Assembly: GCA_045645065.1 (NCBI GenBank)
Contig: JAZRIB010000009.1
Span: 58,464-122,463 of the forward strand
DNA from: Candidatus Enterousia sp.
Lineage (GTDB): Bacteria > Pseudomonadota > Alphaproteobacteria > Rs-D84
Reading direction: 5' to 3'
DNA length: 64,000 nucleotides
A model generated the notes under the pieces. It made no database searches and was not told the DNA's origin. It saw only the letters and a list, made by a program, of their open reading frames with translations. Below are positions 38,215 through 48,075 of the stretch, one piece after another; position 1 is the first letter of the stretch; each line of letters begins with the position of its first letter. Both the position numbers and the translations under genes were made by a program.

Positions 38215-39174
38215 ATGTCAAATGTTGTATTGGAATCTTTGCTGAAACCATTGGAAGAATTCTATAAACCATCGTTTGTAGAAGAAATTGCCATAAATCA
38301 TGCAGGGGAAGTTTGGATGCGTTTGCATGGGGCACGTGTGCCATGGGTGGCGTACCAGTCAGAGATATTATCTAAACAATACCTGGTTGATTTGATTCAT
38401 ACTGTTGCAAATATTTATGAACGACCGTTTGATCCAGTTCATGGGATGCCTGTTGTTTATGCTACGTTGCCCGGAAATCACAGGTTTACCGCAATTGCAG
38501 GGCCAAATGTGCAATATGATGAACGTGATGTTACCGGTGGTGTCGCAATGAATATTCGTGGTGGAAACGCCGCCGAAATACAATTGTCTGATTATGGACT
38601 GGCACGTGGACGGCCACTGTTGCAGGTCAAGCCACGTGAAAATGTACGCCCTGATGATCCGTATGATCGTTTGATGAGTGCGATTAATGATGGCAGTCCA
38701 ATCTTAATCAGTGGCGCAACAGCAACAGGAAAAACAACTTTCCTGAATCATTTGCTGACGCTGATTGATAAAAACAGTCGTGTGATAACAGTCGAAGATG
38801 CACGTGAAATTCGTGTGCCTCAGGCGAATCGGGTTCATTTCGTTTTGTCGCGAACGGAACAAACAAATGATATGAATTATGCCAGATTGTTGGATTTGGT
38901 GGTACGTATGACCCCAGATGTTATTATCGGTGGGGAAATTTCAACAGATAATGCAGCGGTGTTGTGGGAAATGTTGGGAACAGGGCATGACCATTTTTAT
39001 ACTACCATTCATGCAGAAAGTGCAGAAGCGGCATATGCTGCATTTGCGGACAGAATTTTACATACCCAGCCTGCATATAATCGAACTGATTTAATTGCAG
39101 AAATGAAGAAAAAAATTCGTGTCGTCCAATTGTCGCGCGATGGCGCGTTACGTGCCGTGACAGAGGTTGTTTGA
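38215..39174 (+). CDS. virB11: VirB11/CpaF-family secretion ATPase
   Basis: EIAIN..GEVW, Walker A GATATGKTT, Asp box VEDAREI, RMTPDVIIGGEI, His box TGH...TTIHA. Confidence 0.85.
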   Translation: MSNVVLESLLKPLEEFYKPSFVEEIAINHAGEVWMRLHGARVPWVAYQSEILSKQYLVDLIHTVANIYERPFDPVHGMPVVYATLPGNHRFTAIAGPNVQYDERDVTGGVAMNIRGGNAAEIQLSDYGLARGRPLLQVKPRENVRPDDPYDRLMSAINDGSPILISGATATGKTTFLNHLLTLIDKNSRVITVEDAREIRVPQANRVHFVLSRTEQTNDMNYARLLDLVVRMTPDVIIGGEISTDNAAVLWEMLGTGHDHFYTTIHAESAEAAYAAFADRILHTQPAYNRTDLIAEMKKKIRVVQLSRDGALRAVTEVV

Positions 39175-39194
39175 TAAAAATAAGGAAATTTTTT

Positions 39195-39416
39195 ATGTCG
39201 TATCAAGATGAAGTAATTTATTATGACCAAAATGCTAAAAATCAGTTGGTGGAAATTCAGCGGTATTCTGCATCCAAGTTGCATCGTTCAATGCTGAAAG
39301 AACAAGAATTATTGGAAAAGTCATGGGAACGTTCTGTGCGTCGTACAGAAAAGTGCAAGAAAATAATCACTGGAATCAAGGAATCCTTGGGTTGTTTCAA
39401 ACGCAAAGGGCGTTAA
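39195..39416 (+). CDS. Small hypothetical protein
   Basis: AAGGA RBS; 73 aa; charged, helical-looking; basic C-terminus KRKGR. Confidence 0.6.
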   Translation: MSYQDEVIYYDQNAKNQLVEIQRYSASKLHRSMLKEQELLEKSWERSVRRTEKCKKIITGIKESLGCFKRKGR

Positions 39417-39502
39417 AAAATTCCCAATATGGGGATTTTATTTTTTTGAAAAAAAGTACTTGCTTTTATTTCATCAACAATATATTATACATAACGCTTT
39501 AA

Positions 39503-39579
39503 GGGGTTGTAGCTCAGCTGGTTAGAGCGTCTGCCTGTCACGCAGAAGGTCGCGGGTTCGAGCCCCGTCAATCCCGCCA
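39503..39579 (+). tRNA. tRNA-Asp (anticodon GTC)
   Basis: GGGGTTGTAGCTCAGCTGGTTAGAGCG TCTGC-CT GTC AC-GCAGA ...GGTTCGAGCCC...CCA; terminator follows. Confidence 0.97.
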
Positions 39580-39651
39580 GTATTTACCGCAGATTTATCT
39601 GCGGTTTTTATTTTGTGTGTTGAAAAAAAAATGGGGCGTTTGCCCCAATTT

Positions 39652-40029
39652 TTATAATTTTTCAACATAGTTGACTTCGATTTCTGTTTTGAATATACCA
39701 CGGTCAACTTCGCCGTACAGTTTGACTGTGTCGGTTGGTGTGATTGTTTGATTGCGCCATTCGTCATCGTCAATTTCAACGCGGATTGTGCCGGTAGAAT
39801 CTTCGAATAAATACATTTCGTCACCCATGCGTTGTACAATGTGGCCTTTTACAATAACAGGAATATCGTCACGCATTTCCATGACTTGTTTTACAGTCGC
39901 GATTGTTTCTGCGCCGGATACAAATCCCCCCTTGCCAGATTCAGCGGTCTGGGTTGCTGGTTGAAAATCAGCGTTTGCCGCGCCAAATGCCAACAAACCA
40001 GACAATGCAATCATTGATATCGTTTTCAT
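39652..40029 (-). CDS. YgiW/YdeI-family periplasmic OB-fold (BOF) protein
   Basis: Signal peptide; GGF, DD.PV...G.I, YLFEDSTG.I.VEID, GEVD. Confidence 0.9.
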   Translation of the reverse strand: MKTISMIALSGLLAFGAANADFQPATQTAESGKGGFVSGAETIATVKQVMEMRDDIPVIVKGHIVQRMGDEMYLFEDSTGTIRVEIDDDEWRNQTITPTDTVKLYGEVDRGIFKTEIEVNYVEKL

Positions 40030-40129
40030 ATGTTATCCCCTTTGGTTTATTTGTTTTGTACTACCAGTATATCATATGTAAATAATAATTTGTCTAGGAA
40101 AAAATTAACGGGGCATATGCCCCGTTTTT

Positions 40130-41242
40130 CTATCGATTTGTTAATTGTAATTCAATGCGGCGATTTTTTTGCAGACTGGCCGCGTCATTGCCAAGCGCAA
40201 CAGGCGCTGTATCACCAAATCCACTGGGCAGTAAGCGGCGACGTGATACGCCGTTTTTGGCCAATTCGTCAACCACTGCGGTTGCGCGTAACAGTGATAA
40301 TTGTGTGTTGTTACGATATCCGCGTGTACCAGAAATTACAGGTTTCGAATCAGTGTGTCCATCAACACGGATAAGCCAATTTACATCAGTTGGTATTTTG
40401 TGTTCCATGTCTTTGATTACGTTCGCAATCAGGCGCAGTTGATTTTTTCCTTCTGGGGTTAAATTATATGCGCCACTTGAAAACAGGATGTCGCTGGATA
40501 CGATAAAGCGGTCGCCGTCCGGTTGCAGGCTGGTGCGGTCACCCAGTGCATTTTTTATCGCTTTGTAGAAAGCGGATTGATATTGTTCAACATTGCGCAG
40601 TTCTGCCACCTTGTCGGCCAATGCTTTGTTCAAACGTGTTGACATTTCGATGTATTGAATTTCTTGGTCGCGTGATTTAGCCTCAGCTGCGTCAAGTGCA
40701 TTTTGCAGTTTTTCAAGTTGTTCATTTAATTCTGCGCGTTGGGCACTCATTTGATCTTGCAATTGTTTGCGTTCTTGTTCCAGTGCGGCCATATTTTGTT
40801 TGTCTAAGGTTGCTTGGCTTAATTGTTGGGTTAATTCAGCAACCATTGCTTGCATTTCAATCCCTTGGGCTTGTAATTCATTAACCTTGTTTTCGTATGC
40901 TGTAATTAAATCTTCGATACTTAAATCTATTTCATTTAATTCGTTGGTTAATTGCGCATTACTTGCTTCCAGATTTTCTAGTTCGTTGCGTGCCAGTATA
41001 AGCAGACGTTTAGCTTCTTCTTCGTCCATGGTCATTTGTTGAATTTGTTCAGCCTGGGCGTTGTTGGTTTGTTTTAATTTTTCCATAGCCGCCGCCCCAG
41101 TGGATTTGTTAAATACACTGGTCGTTGTCCACAAGAACACAAAAACAATCAACAGAAATATCAGAATAATTACCAGATTCGAAAACAAATCTACGAATCC
41201 AGGCCATGCATTTGTTTGGTGACGGTAACGCATATTTAACAT
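40130..41242 (-). CDS. MotB-like protein: single TM with Asp, long coiled coil, OmpA peptidoglycan-binding domain
   Basis: WPGFVD TM segment; ILF.SG, DGHTD, LS..RA, GFG, NRRIEL. Confidence 0.88.
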   Translation of the reverse strand: MLNMRYRHQTNAWPGFVDLFSNLVIILIFLLIVFVFLWTTTSVFNKSTGAAAMEKLKQTNNAQAEQIQQMTMDEEEAKRLLILARNELENLEASNAQLTNELNEIDLSIEDLITAYENKVNELQAQGIEMQAMVAELTQQLSQATLDKQNMAALEQERKQLQDQMSAQRAELNEQLEKLQNALDAAEAKSRDQEIQYIEMSTRLNKALADKVAELRNVEQYQSAFYKAIKNALGDRTSLQPDGDRFIVSSDILFSSGAYNLTPEGKNQLRLIANVIKDMEHKIPTDVNWLIRVDGHTDSKPVISGTRGYRNNTQLSLLRATAVVDELAKNGVSRRRLLPSGFGDTAPVALGNDAASLQKNRRIELQLTNR

Positions 41243-41265
41243 TTTTTCTCTCTCTTACTTTTGTG

Positions 41266-42063
41266 TTATACTAAATCAGAAACAGATTTAGCAAGTTTTT
41301 TTACTGTGCGACTTAATTCATGTGTCGCTAAATTAATTTGTGGTAAAACTTCGACTACTTCGTCTGGTGATGGGGTTGCGACGCGCGTGTGCGATGACAT
41401 GTATTCTTCCAGTTCATTAAATATGGCGTTTTGTGCCAATTGAACTTGCAGTCCCAAGAATCCAACAATCAAACTGCCGGCCAAGCCCATAAGCGAACTG
41501 GTGAATGCGGTTGCCATGCCCGCCAATGGTCGTGACAATCCCACCTGCATAGATTGTAATACGGATTCGTCAGAAAAATTTAGATTGCTAATTAATTCTG
41601 CAAAGCCACCAACGGTTAAAATTAATCCCCAGAATGTTCCCAATAACCCTAAAAATATTAGGGTGTTTGTAATATAGCGTATCGATTCGCGCGAATCGTC
41701 CAAACGCAATAAAATCATTTCCAGCATGCCGTTTAATGTGTTTGCAGAAATTTGTTTTGGGCGACCGTGCAACATTATTGCGACTGGACGCAACAATCGC
41801 GGGGGCAGTGCCATTCCACGCTTGCCCGATGTGTAATTTTTCAGCCATTTGTATTCTGGTAATAACTGAAACATTTCGATAAAACACAATCCGATGCCAA
41901 ACAAAGATGTGCCGATTATGATTCCGTTTAGCCAAATGTTAGAAATCGCAATTTGCATAAACAATGGATAAAACATTATCAGCAACGCCGCAATAAATGC
42001 GGTAAAAAACGCCATACGATTAAGTGCACCATGAAAGTGTCGCGTCATTTGAAAAGACTCCAT
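41266..42063 (-). CDS. MotA/TolQ/ExbB proton-channel family protein
   Basis: LIFLGLLGTFWGL, GMATAFTSSLMGL; immediately upstream of the MotB-like gene. Confidence 0.88.
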   Translation of the reverse strand: MESFQMTRHFHGALNRMAFFTAFIAALLIMFYPLFMQIAISNIWLNGIIIGTSLFGIGLCFIEMFQLLPEYKWLKNYTSGKRGMALPPRLLRPVAIMLHGRPKQISANTLNGMLEMILLRLDDSRESIRYITNTLIFLGLLGTFWGLILTVGGFAELISNLNFSDESVLQSMQVGLSRPLAGMATAFTSSLMGLAGSLIVGFLGLQVQLAQNAIFNELEEYMSSHTRVATPSPDEVVEVLPQINLATHELSRTVKKLAKSVSDLV

Positions 42064-42150
42064 CCATTCTTATGTACAAATCATAGTAAATTTTTCGGAT
42101 TCAAGTCAATAGGGATTATTTGTGTGACGCGACCAATTTAGGTGTGGCGA

Positions 42151-43197
42151 TTATTTGCCATCTTTTTTATTTTGCGTTTCAATTTGCGCCATAAATTCGT
42201 CCCATTTGGATTTGATGGTTTTAATTGCGGCGTCAAAATTTTTGCGTGTTGCCTTCTTTTTTATTTTCTTAATACCGGCATCAATTGCGTTAACGGTGGC
42301 ACGTGTGGCTGATTCTAGGATTTCGCCGGCTTGGTCGCGTGCCTTTTGTACACCCGGTTTTTGGACCATTTCACTGGCTTTCTTTTTCAATTTGTCGTAT
42401 GTGTCCAGGGGCGCAGATGGTTCTGATTTACGTCTGTGATTGGATAGAATTTTATCAGAATTAAATTTTTCTTTGATTTCAAATGCATAATCTTTGTCGT
42501 CAAAGAGATCCGCAAATTCATGTGCATACAAGCAATAGATTGTATCTATTTTATGTTCACTGGGGTTTGGGTTCGATAATTCTTTTTCAATTTTCGATTC
42601 CAGTATATTAAATATAGATGCCAACAGCAGGGCTTTTTGCTTTTTAAAGCGTGGCAATTGCATTGTTTTATGCAGGTTACCCAAAATTGTACGAATTTCA
42701 GCATCGCTTGTCGTTTTGTTAGTTAGTTTGTCCAACTCTATTTGGATAATTGTACGCGCCAGAACATCCTGGGGTAATCGTTTGTTAATTGGTTGGGCAT
42801 CAAACTTTTTGATGTATTCGGGATTGCTATATTTTGTTTCATAAAAAGACAATACATCATATTTTAACTTTTCATCATTTATATGATGTGTAAATTGCGG
42901 TAATTGTGTGTATTCATCTTTGACCAATGTTGCAATTATTCCATATTGAATATCCATAAATATGTCTTCGTTGTCGCGCCAACCGTTTGCATTGGATTCG
43001 TTTATCGCATCAAGAAGTTTGTGAATTGTTGGATTGTCGGTAATTTTTTTAGCAGCGTCCAGATTCTTTTGACCTGGCTGGTCGTATAATTTCTGGATGG
43101 CAGCGTGCAATCTTGGTACGTATGCATATGGGCCGTTTTTACCCATTAATGCACGGTATATTTCGGTGATAGACGGATAGTAGATATCTTGTGCCAT
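42151..43197 (-). CDS. Hypothetical Lys-rich helical protein
   Basis: 348-aa ORF with AAGGA RBS; no recognisable motif. Confidence 0.7.
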   Translation of the reverse strand: MAQDIYYPSITEIYRALMGKNGPYAYVPRLHAAIQKLYDQPGQKNLDAAKKITDNPTIHKLLDAINESNANGWRDNEDIFMDIQYGIIATLVKDEYTQLPQFTHHINDEKLKYDVLSFYETKYSNPEYIKKFDAQPINKRLPQDVLARTIIQIELDKLTNKTTSDAEIRTILGNLHKTMQLPRFKKQKALLLASIFNILESKIEKELSNPNPSEHKIDTIYCLYAHEFADLFDDKDYAFEIKEKFNSDKILSNHRRKSEPSAPLDTYDKLKKKASEMVQKPGVQKARDQAGEILESATRATVNAIDAGIKKIKKKATRKNFDAAIKTIKSKWDEFMAQIETQNKKDGK

Positions 43198-43259
43198 ATT
43201 AAGTCCTTTGTATCATTGTGCGTATTATATCATAAAAATGCCCCAACTGGGGCATTTTT

Positions 43260-45056
43260 TTATCCGATTATCTTTTTCCACAGACTTTGCTTTTTCTGGG
43301 GTTGTTTTTTACGCTTGCGACGTGGTGCGTTCATTGTTGTTTTTTTCGCATCCATGTGGCGGGCGTTTTTGCGCTGGGCATCGGTTGATGGCGCATATGC
43401 CCCCAGTAAGTCTTCGGTTTTATTTTGTTCCGGTGCAACGCGTTGAATCGAATACTGGTCGATGTTCATCAAACTGTCATCGCCAATGATGACGATTTCT
43501 GTTTCGAACTTGGCCTCCATTTCTGCCAATTCTGCGCGTTTGTGATTTAACAGGTAAACCGCAACGTCCGTTGGAACCGTCATAATAATTTTCTGGGCTG
43601 ATTTAGCCAGTAATTTTTCCTGTAAATGACGGAACAAGATAATTGCAGCGGTCTGGATTGATGGAACGACGCCGGCACCCATACAGTGTGGACATTGAAC
43701 ATATGAAGATTCAATGAAACTGCTGCGCAGGCGCTGACGCGACAACATCAAAACGCCGAAATTGTTAATTTTTGCAACCTGGGTACGGGCGCGGTCGCGT
43801 TTCATAACTTCGCGCATTTTTAATTCCAGTTTGCGATTGTTCTTTTCGTCTTCCATATCGATAAAGTCAACGGCAACGATACCCGCCAAATCGCGCAGAC
43901 GTAATTGCAGGGCAATTTCTTCGGCGGCTTCCAGATTAGTGTTTAAGGCCGTTTGTTCGATATCTTTTTCTTTTATTGCGCGGGACGAATTTACGTCGAT
44001 TGTAACCATTGCTTCGGTCTGATTAATAACCAGCGAGCCGCCAGATGGCAATGTCACATATGGGCCGTGCAGGCCCTCTAATTGTTTTTCAACGCCGGCT
44101 TTGACCATTAATGGAACGGCTGCGTCTTTGTATTGAATCAACTGTTTACGTGGTGCGCGACCGTATAATTGCTGAAAATATGTTTTGGCGGCGTCAAATG
44201 CATCTTCACCTTGGATAATCAGGGTGTCTTCTTTGTCGCTGACAAAATCACGAACGACGCGGCGCAACAATGAATCTTCGGTATGGATTGTAACCGGCGC
44301 AACAGATTCCAGTGTTGTTTTGCGAATTTCATTCCACAAATTTACCAGATAATCATAGTCACCCGCAATATCCGCCGGTGCGGCACCAAATGCCGCTGTG
44401 CGCAAGACCACAGTCATACCTTTTGGAATCTTTAATCCATGCAATATTTCACGCAGGCGCGCACGTTCAGATTTATCTGAAATCTTTTTAGAAATACCAT
44501 AACTGTTGCGTTTGCGTGAATTTGGCATCAATACGGCAAATCGACCTGCCAATGACAGATATGTTGTCATTGATGCGCCTTTTTGACCACGTTCTTCTTT
44601 GACGCCTTGGATTAACAGAATCTGTTTTGGTTTGATGACGTCTTGAATTTTGAATTCGTGTGCGCGTTTGATAAATTCTTTGTTATCTTCGCCCGCACTG
44701 TGGTCGTCATATTCGGCGACTTCGTCTTCTTCGTCATTTGGGTCGTCGTCATCGTCAACAATGTTGGCGTGTGCCAATTCCAATAACTTCTTTTTCTGTT
44801 CAGGTGTTACCTGGTAATAATCTGGGTGGATTTCAGAAAATGGTAAAAATCCATTCTTGCCCGTGCCGTAATCAACAAACGCTGCTTGCAGCGATGGTTC
44901 AACACGAATAACTTTGGCCAGATAGATATTTCCTTTAATCTGAGGTTTTGTCGTTGTTTCAACGTCAAAATCAGAAACACGATTGGTCGCAGAATCGACC
45001 ACAACTACACGTGTTTCTTCCGGGTGGACTGCATCCACATAAATTTTCTTTGACAT
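43260..45056 (-). CDS. rne: Ribonuclease E/G
   Basis: KGNIYLAKV.RVEPSLQAAFVDYG, IDVNS, LRDLAG..VDFIDM, SRQR, CPHC.G.G. Confidence 0.95.
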   Translation of the reverse strand: MSKKIYVDAVHPEETRVVVVDSATNRVSDFDVETTTKPQIKGNIYLAKVIRVEPSLQAAFVDYGTGKNGFLPFSEIHPDYYQVTPEQKKKLLELAHANIVDDDDDPNDEEDEVAEYDDHSAGEDNKEFIKRAHEFKIQDVIKPKQILLIQGVKEERGQKGASMTTYLSLAGRFAVLMPNSRKRNSYGISKKISDKSERARLREILHGLKIPKGMTVVLRTAAFGAAPADIAGDYDYLVNLWNEIRKTTLESVAPVTIHTEDSLLRRVVRDFVSDKEDTLIIQGEDAFDAAKTYFQQLYGRAPRKQLIQYKDAAVPLMVKAGVEKQLEGLHGPYVTLPSGGSLVINQTEAMVTIDVNSSRAIKEKDIEQTALNTNLEAAEEIALQLRLRDLAGIVAVDFIDMEDEKNNRKLELKMREVMKRDRARTQVAKINNFGVLMLSRQRLRSSFIESSYVQCPHCMGAGVVPSIQTAAIILFRHLQEKLLAKSAQKIIMTVPTDVAVYLLNHKRAELAEMEAKFETEIVIIGDDSLMNIDQYSIQRVAPEQNKTEDLLGAYAPSTDAQRKNARHMDAKKTTMNAPRRKRKKQPQKKQSLWKKIIG

Positions 45057-45268
45057 ATAATAATCCTTTTGTGTTTGGGGCGTATGAAACATTATAGGTA
45101 ATCTGTCCCCATGGGGCGTCCATGCCCATGCCAAGGGAAAGTGCCACGATAACCATCAGCACCATGCAAACTACAAAAAGCAATGATAAGATAAACACTT
45201 ATATCGGCCCTTATGTTTTTCATACACAAAGATGATTTTAACATGGCATTATCTTGTTCGCAAGGTAT

Positions 45269-46306
45269 TTATTTTTTATTTGTTTTGCGGACTTTTTTTG
45301 CAGTACTTTTAATCTTTTGCTGAATTTGGGTGAATTCTTGTTTTGCCTGGGCTGCCCATTGTTTCATTTTTGAGCGTAACCAACGTTCATAGATAAAAAA
45401 TAATCCACCAACGCCAATCAATGGCAACACATAATAAATAACACGATATGCCAGCAGTGCCCCAAATACAGATGCTTTGTCGACTGTGTCGGGCAGGGCG
45501 GCCAAGAATATTGTTTCAAATACGCCGATTCCACCGGGGACCTGGCTGAAAATACCGGTTGCCTGGGCGATTACGAACAGACCAATGAATGTGCCAAATG
45601 GAATACTGACAAATGGTATTAAACAGAAATATAATACCAGTCCAGCCAGAATGCTGTCTGTGACCCCCAGTAAAATTTGTAATGTCGCAGTGCGTGGTGT
45701 TGGAACCTGGAATAAAATATTGCCGATTTTAATGTTTTTTTTCTGGAAAATAATTGTAACCAAGAAATATGTTAAAATTAATGCCAAACATATTCCAAAC
45801 AACCACCCCAGCCCCATAGATAATCCTGCAGATTGGGCAATGTTATCGTGCGGTATCAGAAAATATCCAACAACTACAATTGCGGCAACGCCCAAAAAAT
45901 ATGTCAAACCTGATAGGGTTAGCATCTTGAATATGTCGCCACCACGAATACGCCAGCGTGTATACAGGCGATATCGAATCGCGCCACCACTGATTGCGGC
46001 GTTGCCTGCATTGTTGCTGATTGCAAATCCCAGCATCCCTGCCAGCATCCATTTCCACCATGTAACGCGTCCACCAACATAATTTAATGCCAGGTAATCG
46101 TATAACGATAATGTCAGATACCCAGCCAAGCATGCCAAACACGCCGCAGCCAAATGACGTAATGGAATGTCTGTGATGGCGTGAAATATGTCGCCTAAAC
46201 TATAATCACGAAGTTGCCACCATAACATAATGGCGGCTAATATAAAAAAGAATATACCCGAATAATTAATTAATTTTTTAATCAGTCGTTTTGTTTGTGC
46301 TGACAT
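45269..46306 (-). CDS. Lysylphosphatidylglycerol synthase/flippase-like TM domain protein (UPF0104/MprF N-terminal)
   Basis: Multi-pass TM; SGGAIRYRLY, VPGGIGVFE, LLAYRVIYY. Confidence 0.85.
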   Translation of the reverse strand: MSAQTKRLIKKLINYSGIFFFILAAIMLWWQLRDYSLGDIFHAITDIPLRHLAAACLACLAGYLTLSLYDYLALNYVGGRVTWWKWMLAGMLGFAISNNAGNAAISGGAIRYRLYTRWRIRGGDIFKMLTLSGLTYFLGVAAIVVVGYFLIPHDNIAQSAGLSMGLGWLFGICLALILTYFLVTIIFQKKNIKIGNILFQVPTPRTATLQILLGVTDSILAGLVLYFCLIPFVSIPFGTFIGLFVIAQATGIFSQVPGGIGVFETIFLAALPDTVDKASVFGALLAYRVIYYVLPLIGVGGLFFIYERWLRSKMKQWAAQAKQEFTQIQQKIKSTAKKVRKTNKK

Positions 46307-46411
46307 AAAAATCCTTTTCAGGTGGTTTAGGATAGCAATCTTTGCAAAAAAAAGCAAACCTAAAAAATTCTTGGACGACACAGAACTATTATATATTATA
46401 TGTACAACAAA

Positions 46412-47053
46412 ATGAAATTGGAATCAGAAGGCATTTTCATATCGTTGCGGCCGTTTAATGAACGGGACGGTGTTGCGCGTATTTTTACGCGTGATTATGG
46501 GATTGTGGTTGGGATGATGCGCGGGGCGGTGGTCGCAAAAAAGAATAAGCCATTGGTTGGGCAATTGGGGAATATGTCATGGAATGCACGTCTGGATTCA
46601 CAATTAGGGGTGTTTCATTGGGATGTGGAAAAAAATTTAGCAGCGACGATGATGCTTAAATCATCTTGGTTGATGGCGATGAATGCGGCGTTTTCTTTGA
46701 TTGATACACTGTTGCCAGAACGTGAACCGTACCCTGTGTTATACGATGAAACGTTATCTTGGTTGGGGGGTGATGTAAATCAGGGATATTTGAATTGGGA
46801 AATCAGTTTGTTGCGTGAATTGGGATATGCGCTGGATTTGACACGCTGTTCTGGATGTGGGTGTGTGGATGATTTGGAATATTTGTCGCCACGTACGGGG
46901 CGGGCGGTGTGTAAGACATGTGCCACGCCATATATTAATAAATTGTATAAATTGCCATTAAACTTGGCGGTGACGGGACGGTTTTTAGAAAGTGTATGCA
47001 TTCAGCAGGGTACAGAAATTCCAATTATGCGACGTATACTTAAAATAAATTAA
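46412..47053 (+). CDS. recO: DNA repair protein RecO
   Basis: FTRDYG, W.ARL..QLG, LPEREPYP.LY, WE..LL.ELGY.LDL..C..CG, SPRTGRAV. Confidence 0.93.
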   Translation: MKLESEGIFISLRPFNERDGVARIFTRDYGIVVGMMRGAVVAKKNKPLVGQLGNMSWNARLDSQLGVFHWDVEKNLAATMMLKSSWLMAMNAAFSLIDTLLPEREPYPVLYDETLSWLGGDVNQGYLNWEISLLRELGYALDLTRCSGCGCVDDLEYLSPRTGRAVCKTCATPYINKLYKLPLNLAVTGRFLESVCIQQGTEIPIMRRILKIN

Positions 47054-47132
47054 AAAAGCGAATATTTATTTCTTGCACTTTTGTAAAAATTTGCTATTGT
47101 TTTTTCTGTTCAACAGAAGAAGGAGAAAAATC

Positions 47133-47951
47133 ATGATTTGGACAATCTTGGTACTGGTTCTGGCGATTGCATTGTTTTTGTTCGGCGGCATGCTGGTCAA
47201 GGCGGATGCAAAAAAACCAACAACTGGTTCTGTTTTAACTAAGAAAATCGTAAAATTGGTATCTGTATTGTTAATTGCAGGTTCTGTATGTCGTCTGTAT
47301 ACGCCATATTACCTGACAAGTGTTAATCCAGCTATCTTGCAGGAAATGGTTGAAGCAATGCAGAAACAACAAGAAGAAGAAAAGAATAAATTGGTTCGTA
47401 CATTTGTTCGTGACCATGGTGACGAAATGGCGGTTGATGCACCAATCTTGGGTAATCCAGAAGCCAAAAATACAATCTATGTTTGGACAGCTGCATCATG
47501 TGGTTATTGCCGTCGTGTACATGGCGAATTGGACCGTGTGTTAAAAGAACGTGATGATGTTCGCGTTGTTATCAAAAACTTCTCTATCCACGGTGTAATG
47601 TCTGATGGTCCAGCACGTGCGATGATTGCGGCGAAAATGCAAGACAATGCTAAGGCTGCGAAATTCGTAGATATGGTGTTCACACGTGAATATCGTCCAG
47701 CAGATGAACAAGACCAGGGCAAAGTAGCAGAAAAAATCCAAGAAAAATTGATGGAATTTGCTGCTGAAGCTGGCTTGGATACAGCAAAATTGGCCGAAGA
47801 TATGAACAGCGAAGTTGTATCACGTGAATTATCAAACGTTAGCGAATTGGCAACACGCTTTAATATCACAGGTACACCATTCTTGATTATTAATGATCAG
47901 GCATTCCCAGGTGCAATCCCTGCATCTCAGATTTTGGGTGCGTTGAAATAA
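47133..47951 (+). CDS. Membrane-anchored DsbA-family thiol-disulfide oxidoreductase
   Basis: Two N-terminal TMs; LGNP, CGYC, cis-Pro motif GTP, PGA. Confidence 0.88.
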   Translation: MIWTILVLVLAIALFLFGGMLVKADAKKPTTGSVLTKKIVKLVSVLLIAGSVCRLYTPYYLTSVNPAILQEMVEAMQKQQEEEKNKLVRTFVRDHGDEMAVDAPILGNPEAKNTIYVWTAASCGYCRRVHGELDRVLKERDDVRVVIKNFSIHGVMSDGPARAMIAAKMQDNAKAAKFVDMVFTREYRPADEQDQGKVAEKIQEKLMEFAAEAGLDTAKLAEDMNSEVVSRELSNVSELATRFNITGTPFLIINDQAFPGAIPASQILGALK

Positions 47952-48075
47952 TCGCTGGATGATTGTTTTGGGGCCCCAAATGGGGCCCTGATTTTTTTAT
48001 TGTGGTTGATTTAAAGGTGTTTTTAGACTAGCATTAGGAAAGAATATAACAACAGACTAAAAAAGGGGAAACGGT

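Noticed and set aside
39503-39660. tRNA-anchored genomic island or prophage at the tRNA genes
   Set aside because: No integrase and no duplicated tRNA 3' end seen near any of the three tRNAs.
40130-42063. Zorya anti-phage system
   Set aside because: The MotA-like protein lacks the long ZorA tail and no zorC/D/E-like genes are adjacent.
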